Positions 14,801 to 26,152 of a DNA stretch of 64,000 nt are shown in pieces. Each line of letters starts with the position of its first letter. Position 1 is the stretch's first letter. The notes beneath the pieces were generated by a model. The model searched no databases and was not told where the DNA came from. It saw only the letters and a list, made by a program, of their open reading frames with translations. Source of the DNA: Bugula neritina (Eukaryota > Animalia > Bryozoa); contig OZ037768.1 in NCBI GenBank assembly GCA_964035545.1, forward strand, positions 23,965,319 through 24,029,318, written 5' to 3'. A program made the position numbers and the translations under genes.

Positions 14801-17800
14801 CATTTATTCCAGAAGATTCACAAGAGGGACTCACTGATACACATCTCCGGTATGAAAGACCACGTGCTATTGGCCAGACAAGTTATCACCTTGGAGAACT
14901 GGCCGTCAGGAAATATGTAGCCTGAGTTACACGTCCACGTGACATTGCTGAGGTAGGTGCTAGCCTGAGTACCAACTATAGCCGCGTTTCTCACAACATG
15001 GGTCAGTCGGTTGAGAGGGGGACACATGGTGGCTGCGATAATATAACACTTTATATTACTACACATAATACTTTATATTACTACATATAATACTTTATAT
15101 TACTACATATAATACTTCATATTACTACATATAATACTTTATATTACTACATATAATACTTCATATTACTATATATAATACTTTATATTACTACATATAA
15201 TACTTTATATTACTACATATAATACTTCATATTACTACATATAATACATTATATTACTACATATAATACTTCATATTACTACATATAATACTTCATATTA
15301 CTACATATAATACTTCATATTACTACACATAGTACTCTATATTACAACTCACGTTGGCAGTTCTCAATAGCCGAGTAGTAAGCTCCTCTGAGACACTCCA
15401 CCACCCTCTCCGTACTCCTATCAGCTCTGAACGAGAACCCTGGTCTACACTTGTATGTGATGTTCTTCCCCACGTCCATCAATTTCGGGATTTCCGGCAC
15501 ATCTGGTCCGCCATTGGCTATGACTGGCGGTGACTCACACACTGGAGGTAGAAACAAGATATACACAGCGTGTTCAGCTACAATAGCGTGTCTATCAGCT
15601 TCCCTCACTAGTTATAGCTTTTTTTACCAAACAATGTTTAAATATCTAGCCGCTACATTCACTTATAACAGCATGAGTGTGTGTTCCCATACAGTACCAA
15701 ACTCATAGATAATCTGCGTGTGCAGCGACAATACCACACCTATGTACATGACTCACTAGTCGGTTTCTTGCAGACGTATGGCATGAGATCCTCACAGTCC
15801 CGGTCCTTCCACACAGCAGAGATGGTGATTCTGGCGCAGCTGTTGGACAACTCCGGATAGCCTTTGTGCCACTTGCTGTAGACTATGGTCTCGTCTCCAA
15901 ACCACGCCCACCCATCTGTCGCTACGTCATAGTGGTAACCTATCCAGTAGTCCCGTAGAGAAACTTCGTACCTGCAGTGGTTGTTTCAGTCTATTGTGAT
16001 ACAGGAGTTAGTTTGATCTTTCAGACCAACGGCCCGGCCGGGACTCAAACCTGTGGCCCGGCTCTTACTATACCAGTGGTGTAACCACTACGACTACTCC
16101 CTACTTGTTTACAGACACACTAACATATGGAGTTCTCAGTCCTACAGTATGGAACTAGTCTCAGTTTATATCATACCTTTATTTTAAACATCTGCATGTG
16201 ACTACTGAGGCTACTTTCATATAAACCTTTTTTATCTAAAGAATCCCTGACACACTTCACTTATGCAGTATTAAATATTCATATATACCTTGCCTATCAT
16301 TTACAGAGAGCGTTAAATGCCAAACAACTTCATTTTATAAAAAAAATTGTGCTCATGCCGTGGAGTTTATGGAATTATAAAGCTAATAGTAATTATTGCT
16401 GATTTTCACAGCATGCTTTTATTATCTTCTGCAACACACAGCCTAATCACTGAGCTGGTGTGAAAGTTTAAAATGGAAAATACTACATAAATAAAGTGTG
16501 TCAGGAATTCCTAAAGCACATCCAACTCGCTGTTACAGCTTCCTGTAGCTACTGCTGTATGTATGATTACTCTGCTAGCAGTTTCCTACCTGCCAGTTCA
16601 GCTGGTTTAGTGTTCCTACACACTTGTTAGATACTGAAGACGCAGTATAACTATACTGACTCCTCAACCAAAGAGCTACTTACGTCTGAGAGAAGATGAA
16701 GAGCCCCTCCTCTGTGCTGTTGATAGTAGCCAGGTGGGCGTTCTTGTAGACGCAGGTTTCCTCGGCGTAGTAATACCTGAGACCCCAGCTTTCGGCATCA
16801 GAGACGTAGTAACAGTGTCCTTCGTACTTTACCCAGCCTTCCTCACATGTGCCCACTATAACATATAGTACCCTTTATATATCCCCCACACAGTACCCTC
16901 TATATATCCCCCACACAGTACCCTCTGTATATCCTCACTACAACATACAGTACCCTCTATATATCCCCCACACAGTACCCTCTGTATATCCTCACTACAA
17001 CACACAGTACCCTCTCTATATCCTCACTATAACACACAGTACCCTCTCTATATCCCCCACACAGTACCCTTTCTATAGTTTATATCCTCACTACAACACA
17101 CACAGTAGTATTTGCCCTACCTTGACACCCTGATATTGGAGGTTCACTATGCCATTGGGAGTTGTGGTCACATTCCATTCTATGAAAGGATTTTCCACCC
17201 GGAAACAGACCTGTTTGGCACACGAGTTTCGACATGGTCTGATACTCACTTCTCAGGAAAGCGTATTCGGAGTTTTCAGGCAGCTCCATATATGGGCATT
17301 GCCGAACTGTGAAACAGAATTGTTCGTTATTTATTATACTCAGACTAGAATCAGGAGTTGTCTCTTCTATGCAGTGTAGTGCAACTCTGACAGACCTAAA
17401 TTAGGAGTTGTCCCATTTAGAGGTCCATTTTATTATTTTCATAACGCTGAAGTGCTGAGGAATTGCTCTTATATCTCTAGAGAAGCAGACAACTGTTTAC
17501 CTAATAATTATTTACATCAAGAAAATAAATTCTTCGACATGGAAAAAAATGTACTTATAGTTGCAGTATATTGGATTAGATAGTATAAGTTTTGTTTTTT
17601 TCATCTATACAGTCAACAGTACATTGGTCCAGATAAATTATTCTCAAGATTTTTGGTGACCAGGAACTTGCGGGTGACAGAAGAAGGAGGAGCTAAGTTA
17701 GCTGACCTTAAATGAGTCAATGTCAGCAGGAGATGAATTTATGAGTAACTAATTCAACAGATGAGTGAGAAGTTGTCTTCTCGTCAAGGGATTCACATGC

Positions 17801-20800
17801 CAATTTCTGGTTTCATTGAACAAAACTTTGAATTTTATGGATTTCAAAACTATTAACTCTTTCTACAATATTGAAACAAAACTGCCAAAACTCAGTCAAC
17901 TTTTACATCTTTAATGGAAAGAGGATTTACTAAGCAAGCACTTGCCCAGCGTTTAGATGGTCAACATTTGTTGCATGTTGCGTCAAACAGGAAACAGTAC
18001 TATAATGATATGTGTCACTCACTTATGCACTCCTCATACAACCCGTCCAGTTTTCCCGAAGCTGCACATTTGCCGCTGACCATGATACCCCCAGTACCTC
18101 TTGTGTAGCCCTCGGTACAGAAGGCGTTGATAGTGGAGCCCACCTGCACGGAGTTGTTGATGTTGTACGCGTCTAGCCCGTCATAGATCACTGTACTGTA
18201 GTTGGAAGGCAAACCCTCGCAATATTGCACTGAAAAAATGGAGGTGTGCATTGTGGGTATTTGTTTTCATGGTTTCCATAGCAACAGTTGCTATTTCAAT
18301 TACGTTGCAGCAAGTTTATTAAGGGGCTGTAATTGATTTGTATAAAACAGCTTCCACAAAACTAATGAACTAATAGCTGGTCCATAGACTATAGAAATGC
18401 GCAGCATTAGAAATAAAATATAAGGTCTGTCTGTTAGTCTGTTTGTCTGTCTGGTTTATTGAACTTCAAGTGTTGATACTGAGCATAATATCACCCCTAG
18501 CAACGCCAACATGTCCTTCCAATATACTACAAGTAGCACCTGCTGTCACATGTCAAGCTGTGTAACACCTGCTGTCACATGTCCAGCTGTGTAACACCTA
18601 CTGTCACAAGTCAAGCTGTGTAGCACCTGCTGTCACATGTCAAGCTGTGTAGCACCTACTGTCACATGTCAGGTTGTTCAGGAAGCTGCCTGACTCCGGC
18701 ACCCACTCCAAGGTCTCGGCATCGCAAGTGATGACCTTGATGGTTGCTACGCCAGAAAACGAGTAGCCATACATGCAGCCATAGGTGACGGCTGTCCCGG
18801 CCAAAGTGGAGATCGTGGACACTACAGAGTGTTGTATGGGAGGCTGATTACCACATCTTGCAGCTGCAAAGTATTCATAACAAATCAAATTACTAAATGT
18901 TTAAAATCTACTGAGATAAAAAAATTCAAGTGCTTTTAGCCAACATTTTAGTTGATTTGGAATATTCTTGAAATACAACATATCATGTATTTTTAAATAT
19001 ATACATCAGAGTGAAAAAATTGTTCAATCATGTTTAATAAAAAGTTTATAGCTCTTAATGTTGATGTTATCAAAAATTCAGCCATGCAGTAAAAACACAT
19101 TATAAACAGTTGTATTGCAACTAAAATTATACAAATACTTCTTAATTTGAATAATTTTTATTGAGCTGTTAGATTATAGTAAATATATTATAGTAAATAT
19201 ATTATATAGTAGATATATTACAGTAAATATATTACAGTAACTATATAACGTACGAAGACAGGGATTTGGTAAGGCACTCCATTCTCCAGACTCCAAACAC
19301 CTAACTTTATAGACGGTTTTGCCATTTGAAAATGTCTCCCCTGGAACTAGGCAACTATATTCCACGACAGTTCCTACAGCTACGTCATCTGTTGTCCTAT
19401 TGGTCCTTTCTGGCACCCCAACGTAGTGGCATTCAGAAACTGCTGACTTGGCTGCCAACAGTATGAATATTGTCAGTATATGCATGACTATATATTCACC
19501 TAGATACATCTGACGTCACTAGTCTTATTACTAACTTGATTAACTTGATTACCTCATTTTAGTCAATTTGTAGAAGCGTTGAATCAATTCGATTCACTTA
19601 AATCAAATTGACAATGACTTATAATCATATTAAATCAAGTTTTACAATTATTGCATCTCAAGTTAGATATATTTTTAAGTTTATAGTTATGGACTATGGT
19701 CATATATGTTGTTAGTTCAATTCATACTTCAAAATCGCTCTATTTATAATTATAGTAATTATAAATAGGTAAAATACAAAACTGATGAAATCTGTACTTA
19801 CTGTATCATACTGACATTGCAAACATTTGAAAAATAAGAAAAATAAATATAAATAAAAACGAAACAGACAGCATGCACAAGGCATTGTTAATGTTAATAT
19901 GACAATGAATATGAATATCAACTCAGTGAGCAATTTTAAGTGTGCACTTATATTTGGAGCTTTTAATAACAACCCACTTACACTAACAGTTAGAGTAAAT
20001 TACAGTTACAGCCAGTGCCGTTTACAGTTACTCTTACTCTTAGACTTAAAGTTAAAGTTACATTTACTGATTTAGTTTTACTGCCAGTAGTAGCTCAGAT
20101 AGTGATAGAAAACAAAAAGTTTTCAAATACGAAAGCAGCTTGCAAAATAAATTCCCTCTACTAAAGAGTAAATCTATATTTTTGTAAACTTTGTCATTAT
20201 TATAGTTATGTTCAAAAAATTATACGAGTATGCCTACTATATCTATATAACGACTTTAAGTAATAACTTAAACTAAGACAGTGGAAAATCCAAAGAAGTG
20301 GTGATGACGAGTCATGTTGAAAATGGACGTCTGCCAGCAGAAGAAAGAGAAGATAACTCGAATAAAGCTGCAGTTTAACAGAATACATAAAAAAGGAAAA
20401 TAAAAGTTCTATAAAAGAAACCTATTTAAAAAGGTCAAAAAAGTCACTCTGTCGAAATATATATTGTTTTGATAACTAGCTCTTTTTGTTGAAGTGAATC
20501 CAAAGACAGTTAGATTTTAATTCTGAAGTTATAAGTTTGGTTTCTACAAACAGTTCAAAAGCAGCTTATTATATACACTATTTATTACACTAAATCTAGT
20601 TATATACAGTGGTTAAGGTGAACTAGTACTCCGGTACGTTGTGCCTTCACCACATTTTCTTGAGGTATCCTAAACTTGGGCATATACAAGGACGTGAGAT
20701 TAGTGCCTAAATGGTTAAAGATTTGATATAAAGCTGGTGATAAAGCTATAGCTCATGGAATATTGAGAGCCAAAACTAGTTGTCGGTAGCAGTTGTCATT

Positions 20801-21530
20801 ATTTACCTAAATAGCTTCAAAATCAGAGCTTTTTTTCTGACTTGCCTGCTTATCTTTTTTTCATGTTTTACTTGTATAAACATAAAGTTTAATATTCAAG
20901 TTATATAAATAAATGAATGTCAAAATGGTAAACCATCTTCCTTGCGAATTTCTCAACAACAGACTGATTTAGTCTTATGCAGATAAAGTGCACAAGTTAT
21001 TACATTTATGCTTTATTTTTACAATTAACCGCCAAACTAATATTTTTTCTAGTTTATTTTGCCCTTAAAAATGTTTGAAATTGCAATATGATAAATTGCA
21101 GATGAAAAATTTTAAAAATATAAGTTGTGCATTCTATCTATTTAAGACTTATACTTGGGAAATTGAGGCCACACATAGCATCTTAGGTACTAAGATTATT
21201 ATATTATCAACTTTCTATAATAGCCTATCCCCACCATTTCCTCCAGACCACCTGACTTATATATATAATATGAGAAGCCAATATATATATTTAGACAGTG
21301 ACAGTATCAGAATGAAAATAAGCTTCAAGTTAGCGGTTTATTTTATATATCACCAACTCTTCAAAAATCCGATATTTAGGAAAAAACAGTGCAGTATTTG
21401 TATTTATAACGTTTTTGGTGTTAAATAATACCTAATATATAACAATGAGCAACCAACCAATAAAAATGGTTATACCTGTTGATATGAAGCAAGCAGCAAC
21501 TAAAAATATTGAGATAGTAACTGATGTCAT
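11893..21530 (-). CDS. Type I membrane CCP/C-type lectin receptor, paralog B (SP-CCP4-CTLD-CCP5-TM-acidic tail)
   Basis: Candidate signal exon 21476-21530 (MTSVTISIFLVAACFIST, phase 1; alternative in-frame ATG at 19485). CCP exons 19254-19451, 18660-18863, 18023-18229, 17121-17306. CTLD 16684-16855 + 15757-15971. CCP 15353-15541, 14835-15032, 14205-14381, 13738-13926, 12967-13158. TM exon 12076-12208 (ILSTVTASLALVVIVAFMWLIVC). Last exon 11893-12001 with TGA. The start is less certain than the body. Confidence 0.87.
12238..12340 (+). mobile_element. tRNA(Ala)-like SINE-family copy 1
   Basis: CCTGTGGTGTAATGGTTAGCAC (A box)..CTTGCAT..GGAGGTCTCGGGTTTGAACCCC (B box). Homologous to the copies at 23415 and 58700; acceptor stem does not pair. 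Confidence 0.75.
14421..14801. repeat. 14-bp minisatellite, about 27 copies, filling an intron
   Basis: CTAGTACTCTGTAA variants. Confidence 0.97.
15040..15342. repeat. 22-bp minisatellite, about 13 copies, filling an intron
   Basis: ATAATACTTTATATTACTACAT. Confidence 0.97.
16030..16100 (-). mobile_element. Second tRNA-like / Pol III element remnant
   Basis: Reverse complement AGTAGTCGTAGTGGTTACACC...GGTTTGAGTCCCGGCCGGGCC has A-box- and B-box-like motifs at tRNA spacing; single copy in the window. Confidence 0.45.
16854..17107. repeat. Compound minisatellite filling an intron and including acceptor-like copies
   Basis: Units of ACACAGTACCCTCT(A/G)TATATCC(CCC or TCACTACA). Confidence 0.9.
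18533..18673. repeat. 29-bp repeat, about 5 copies, spanning an exon/donor junction
   Basis: GTAGCACCTGCTGTCACATGTCAAGCTGT; the last copy overlaps the exon boundary at 18660. Confidence 0.93.
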
Positions 21531-22285
21531 GATCACCAGTCCCTTGTAGTTTCAATATTTTCCTTCACTTGACTCTATGACCAGTGTTCTTTTTGGCAGC
21601 CATTTTGTCTCATTACACGAGTAATCAATAATGTAATTGGTTGGAGAGAGAATAATAAGATGTTTCTATCTCACTAACTATTGTCTGTTGTGTTTGGTTC
21701 GTCTTTCCAAGTTTACTTTTGTTTGTACCAATCAATAGCAGCAGACAATGTTAAAGTGGATGACATAATCACGGTAACTAGTGTAGCCTGCATATCACAA
21801 TGTACAATGGGCGTTTTGACATGTGCCCATGATGTTATTTCGTAAATATTGGGTTCTATGGTTATGGCATGTAATAATTATACTAATAGATGTACGCCAG
21901 ACACTTGCAGAACAGTCACCCCAACAAAATAACGATCGTGCGAAACGTGTGATTGTACACGAGGCATCATATTAAGGTAACGGAGTTATCTTACCTATAA
22001 ACTTTATTACTTCTAAGCAACCACTGCTAAACTTGATTCTGTTCGGATATTTATAAGAGAAAACGATTTTGTATAAGCATGTTATTTTATTTCAGTAGAA
22101 AATAATTTTAAAGAACAATAGAAATCTTTTACAACCTTCACAGCAATAGTGGAATTCTAGTATTTTATTTGATGTTGAATACAGCACTTTATTTACACAG
22201 AATTTGGGCTGTGGTAGAACTGAAAGCAAGCACACGGCCCGCACTAGGTGACTGACTCTGTTCATCTGATGATGTGGAAGACATG

Positions 22286-25218
22286 TTAAGATTTGCCAGT
22301 CTCGTCACCTTCCTCCCCGTTGTATCTCCTTGCATCTCTATACTCTTGGAACACTGAAACAAACTTCTTGGAGAAACTTCTTTGTAGCAACTCACTCTCT
22401 CGCAACTTTTTCACTACATGCGAGTCATTATCGTGGATCTTACTCAGGTCAAACCTCGGGAACTTTCTAGAATGTATAATATATAATATAGCATTGGTAA
22501 TAAAAGTTCTAAGAATAAATATATTCAATAAGTATTTATACTTTCACTTTCTAGTACATGCAATTTTATAACATAATAAAACTAATGATCAGGATTTAAG
22601 AGTCTTTATTAACTAGTCATAAATACAGGTGTGTTATATAGTAGCAAAATAATATAATATAAAGATAATACATAATATTAATAATATAATAATGCATTAT
22701 AATCTATGTAACAGCAGTATACATCAATAATATGATAATGGAGACCAATGATACAATTTTATAGTATAATGTACGTATAATAATATACAATAATCATATA
22801 TAGCATTATTCTTATAATAATATATTATACATTAATCAAAATATAAATCATCAATAATTTGCTAAGATATCTTAGAGTATCTGATATAATATCCACACAA
22901 ATAATACAAACATACAATAAAACCCACAATAAGAGTATGAATGCATGTAGCTAATGAGATTTGAAGTACTAGGCTTTGCAAGTCAAAAAATCAGACCGCA
23001 AAAGTATATAGCTTATCGCGACATATTATTATACATAAATTACTCCTTGGTAGTAAAATTTCATTAGAATATTAATTATAACAACTGAATGAATTTACTT
23101 ATTTCAATACCTGACTGAAAGATCTGTCTGGTTCCAGTTTATGATGAAATCTCTTTCCACAAATCTGTTAGTAGTTGCCTTCTCTAGTTTATCCATTCCC
23201 ATGCAGATTCCATGCAGAAGGTCAAGGGCAGCTTGTGAGGTCAAATCAAGGTCAGTACATTGGTTGATAAAAGCACAGATTACTAGCTCTACCCACTTAT
23301 CTGTCAGTCTGACACAAGATGCTACAAAAAGGACACAGCACTCGAGTTTAGTTATACACTGTTGGTAAAATTATTGTTTTAGGCATATTATAGTTTATAA
23401 TGAAATGAATATTGTAAAACTTTTGTCTCCACTGGGATTCAAACCCAAGACCTCCGGCATGCAAGCAGGAGCGTTAGCCATTACACCACAGGGACTACTG
23501 GGTAATCCCAACATTACACGTTCCAATGTGTCTTTCACCACATTCCTGTTTTTTGTAATGACTAGTTTTAACACTGAAACGTCCCAAACACACATACATA
23601 ACTTGAAGTCATCAATACAACAGCATTGGAAAGACTATCTAAAACTACTAACTAGTCTACACTAATTTCTTCAGCTATTATTCTTTCTACTTTCTAGTCA
23701 TATATTATAAAATATTTCAGTTATTAGCTCGGAACACACAATTTCTTTAAACAGAAAATTATTATACTTGAGAAAATGCTGAGTTAAGATAGAAAAAATC
23801 ACAACAAATCAATTAATTAATTTAAATACAAGTAGTAAAATTTAATGACACATTTTGTTTTGCTCACTTAAACATATTTATCTAGTATATGAAACATTTT
23901 TTATCTAGTTTGTACAAATTTGATTTTATTACCTTTTCCCTCATTAGTTAAAGGGCAACATTTCTGTAATGAATCATCATCTTCCAGTGCTTGAGTAACG
24001 CTCATACAGCTATTCCATTTATTTGCTTGTGAATTGTCAAAAACAAAATTAGGAATAATAATATTGTCTGTTTTCAAAGTTCGTTTCAGTTTGGGGGCTG
24101 TGGTGTGATTGACTAAGCAGTATGTTAGTGTGTGTTTATCCAGGGCTGAGTGAATTTCTTCTACTACTCCAGGAAGTTGAGAAGGCAAGACGCAGACAAA
24201 CAGAATGTGTACAGAAGAGGCTACACCGACATTGTTGTAAGAAACGCTCACTCCTTGCTTCACCAGCTCACCTAATTTTAAATAACAATAAATGTGTTTC
24301 ACTCACTGCAATTTGTTAAAGCAGTACCATGTGATGAGTCATGAGTTCGAATTTTAGCAAAAACATTGGTGATGTCAGTAAGGGCATTCAGTCCTAATCA
24401 CTTTTGAGGTAGACCCAAATTCTTCAAAATCTGTTGGAAAAATAGTAAGAGATGCATTCTTTAGTCTGCTTAAGATTGCAATTTGAATAAAGTCAATGTT
24501 CATCTTTTTTTATAGTTTTAGGTTTGTAATTTGTGATTTGACATTTAATTTTGAAACTTTAACTTTTTATGAAAACAATTTTTATACTAAACATGTATCA
24601 CTAAAACTAGCAATTTACTATACAACTGCAAGTTTGCACCTACCTCTTAAATTTACTCTAATTTAAATGTTTGAATGTAAACTTGCAGTAATTTATAAAT
24701 CATTAATAAATATTTAAATATGAAATTAAATTGATATTAAATAAATGCACCCATATAGATTAAAATAAAAAATTTCAGCAAATAAAAACTACAAGTACAA
24801 TACCTAAGCTATCAGGCCTCCGTGTGGAGATAGACAAATCTTCTGGATTTATCACATTCAGTTCTAATAAGGAGTTGACAATGTGAGATCCAAGTCGACC
24901 ACAACCAATTAGACCAACTTTTAACGGATCTTTAGGCACGGAGTCAGCAGTCAAAAGCTGAATAGCCCGTCTCTGTTTTGTTGTTCTGGCAAGATCAGCC
25001 CTAATTTGTCTAGTTTCATTTAAAATGTGCACCAAAAATGCAGATGTTGCCGAAGCTATAGTGGTGTGAGCATGACTTTGCTGCCTTAAATGTATAAGAA
25101 GCAATTCTTCTTCATCTAACGCGCATTCAAATGTTAGTGATGGCAGATTTCTAGTGATATCTTGTTTGTTTTCTTGGGAAATGAGCGATGAATTCATTTG
25201 TCTACGTGATTCAGCCAT
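22286..25218 (-). CDS. NOXRED1: NADP-dependent oxidoreductase domain-containing protein 1 (pyrroline-5-carboxylate reductase-like)
   Basis: Exons 24804-25218 (start may be ATG 25197), 23933-24271, 23111-23322, 22286-22466. Rossmann motif LKVGLIGCGRLG, ISTRRPDSL, LFVCVLPSQL, N-terminal LPSLTFE and C-terminal FPRFDLS are characteristic of NOXRED1. Confidence 0.85.
23415..23520 (-). mobile_element. tRNA(Ala)-like SINE-family copy 2
   Basis: Reverse complement CCCTGTGGTGTAATGGCTAACGCTCCTGCTTGCATGCCGGAGGTCTTGGGTTTGAATCCCAGTGGAGACAAAA, in a NOXRED1 intron. Confidence 0.75.
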
Positions 25219-25219
25219 T

Positions 25220-25550
25220 CTCAGAAGCACAAAAAGTTAAATTGGGATCATTTAGTAAAAGTGATTTAGTTACTATGATACAGCATGCTAACCTTGACCT
25301 AGTTGTTAGCTGTTACATGTTTTGATATTAAGAAGATAACTCTATGTTCATTGAAATCTTGTATTTTAGCACCGGTATTGTTTGATTATAAATTTAGCAG
25401 CCCGGTATAATGAAAATGCCGATAGCCAATGAAAAACGTTAGATTTTGTTATTATTTTGATGATGAATGTGGATGGCGTGAGTTGAAATTTCATTCCGAT
25501 AAACATCCTGATGGTCATATGGACTGATTTTTGAGCAGAATAAACAGGTG
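25220..25550. promoter_or_regulatory. Probable bidirectional promoter region NOXRED1/SLC25A1
   Basis: Divergent genes with ATGs under 1 kb apart. AGCCAATG near 25424. Candidate SLC25A1 5'UTR donor CAG|GTGA near 25547 and acceptor TTTTTAG near 26132. Confidence 0.5.
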
Positions 25551-26152
25551 ATCCGTGATAATACTCCTACTTATGTTACCCGTTTCTATTTTTAAGTTTA
25601 TATTAAAGAAAACGTTATAATTATTCAAGTACGTATTACTATCGTTTTTATGCCAAGAATTTGTAGTACCACTTGAGGCTGAGCATCAGCATGTCTATGA
25701 TAAAGTGGTACCTAACTGAGAAGTTGTTTCGGAGTAGTTATAAACGTGAGACTGAATTGAGTGTCTGTTTCAGTTTGGCATCAAATAAAGAAATATAATA
25801 GTAATAGTCACTATTGACACGTGTGACATTAATTCTGGGTGATTCCAACTTGCTAACCCAGTAAGTGAGTAACTGTAAGACTCATACTCATAGTCATAGT
25901 CATACGATTGTTTTCATTTTTGTTTTACTATCAGTATTAGTACTATTAGTATTAGTATTTGAAAATAGTGATTTTAATTCAGATAAAATTGTAGAATGGC
26001 GTAATTATGATAACTATTATGTCATACTTTAGTTAACCCAATTTTAATTTAGTTAGTTACTTCTGTCATAAAATCATTACAGTATGTTAAAAAACCACTT
26101 ACTAACTAAATGTTTATTTCATCATATTTTAGTTGATTAGACAAAATACACC

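Noticed and set aside
20278-20378. Purine-rich plus-strand stretch reading like a terminal exon (SGKSKEVVMTSHVENGRLPAEERED...)
   Set aside because: No convincing acceptor or upstream exons, and no recognisable homology.
19712-21428. Short hydrophobic or Ile/Tyr-rich ORFs (19712-19972, 21075-21428) and a possible degenerate CTLD remnant near 21200-21250
   Set aside because: Composition matches random AT-rich DNA; the CTLD-like similarity (GIGYYRK) is too short and ends in a stop.
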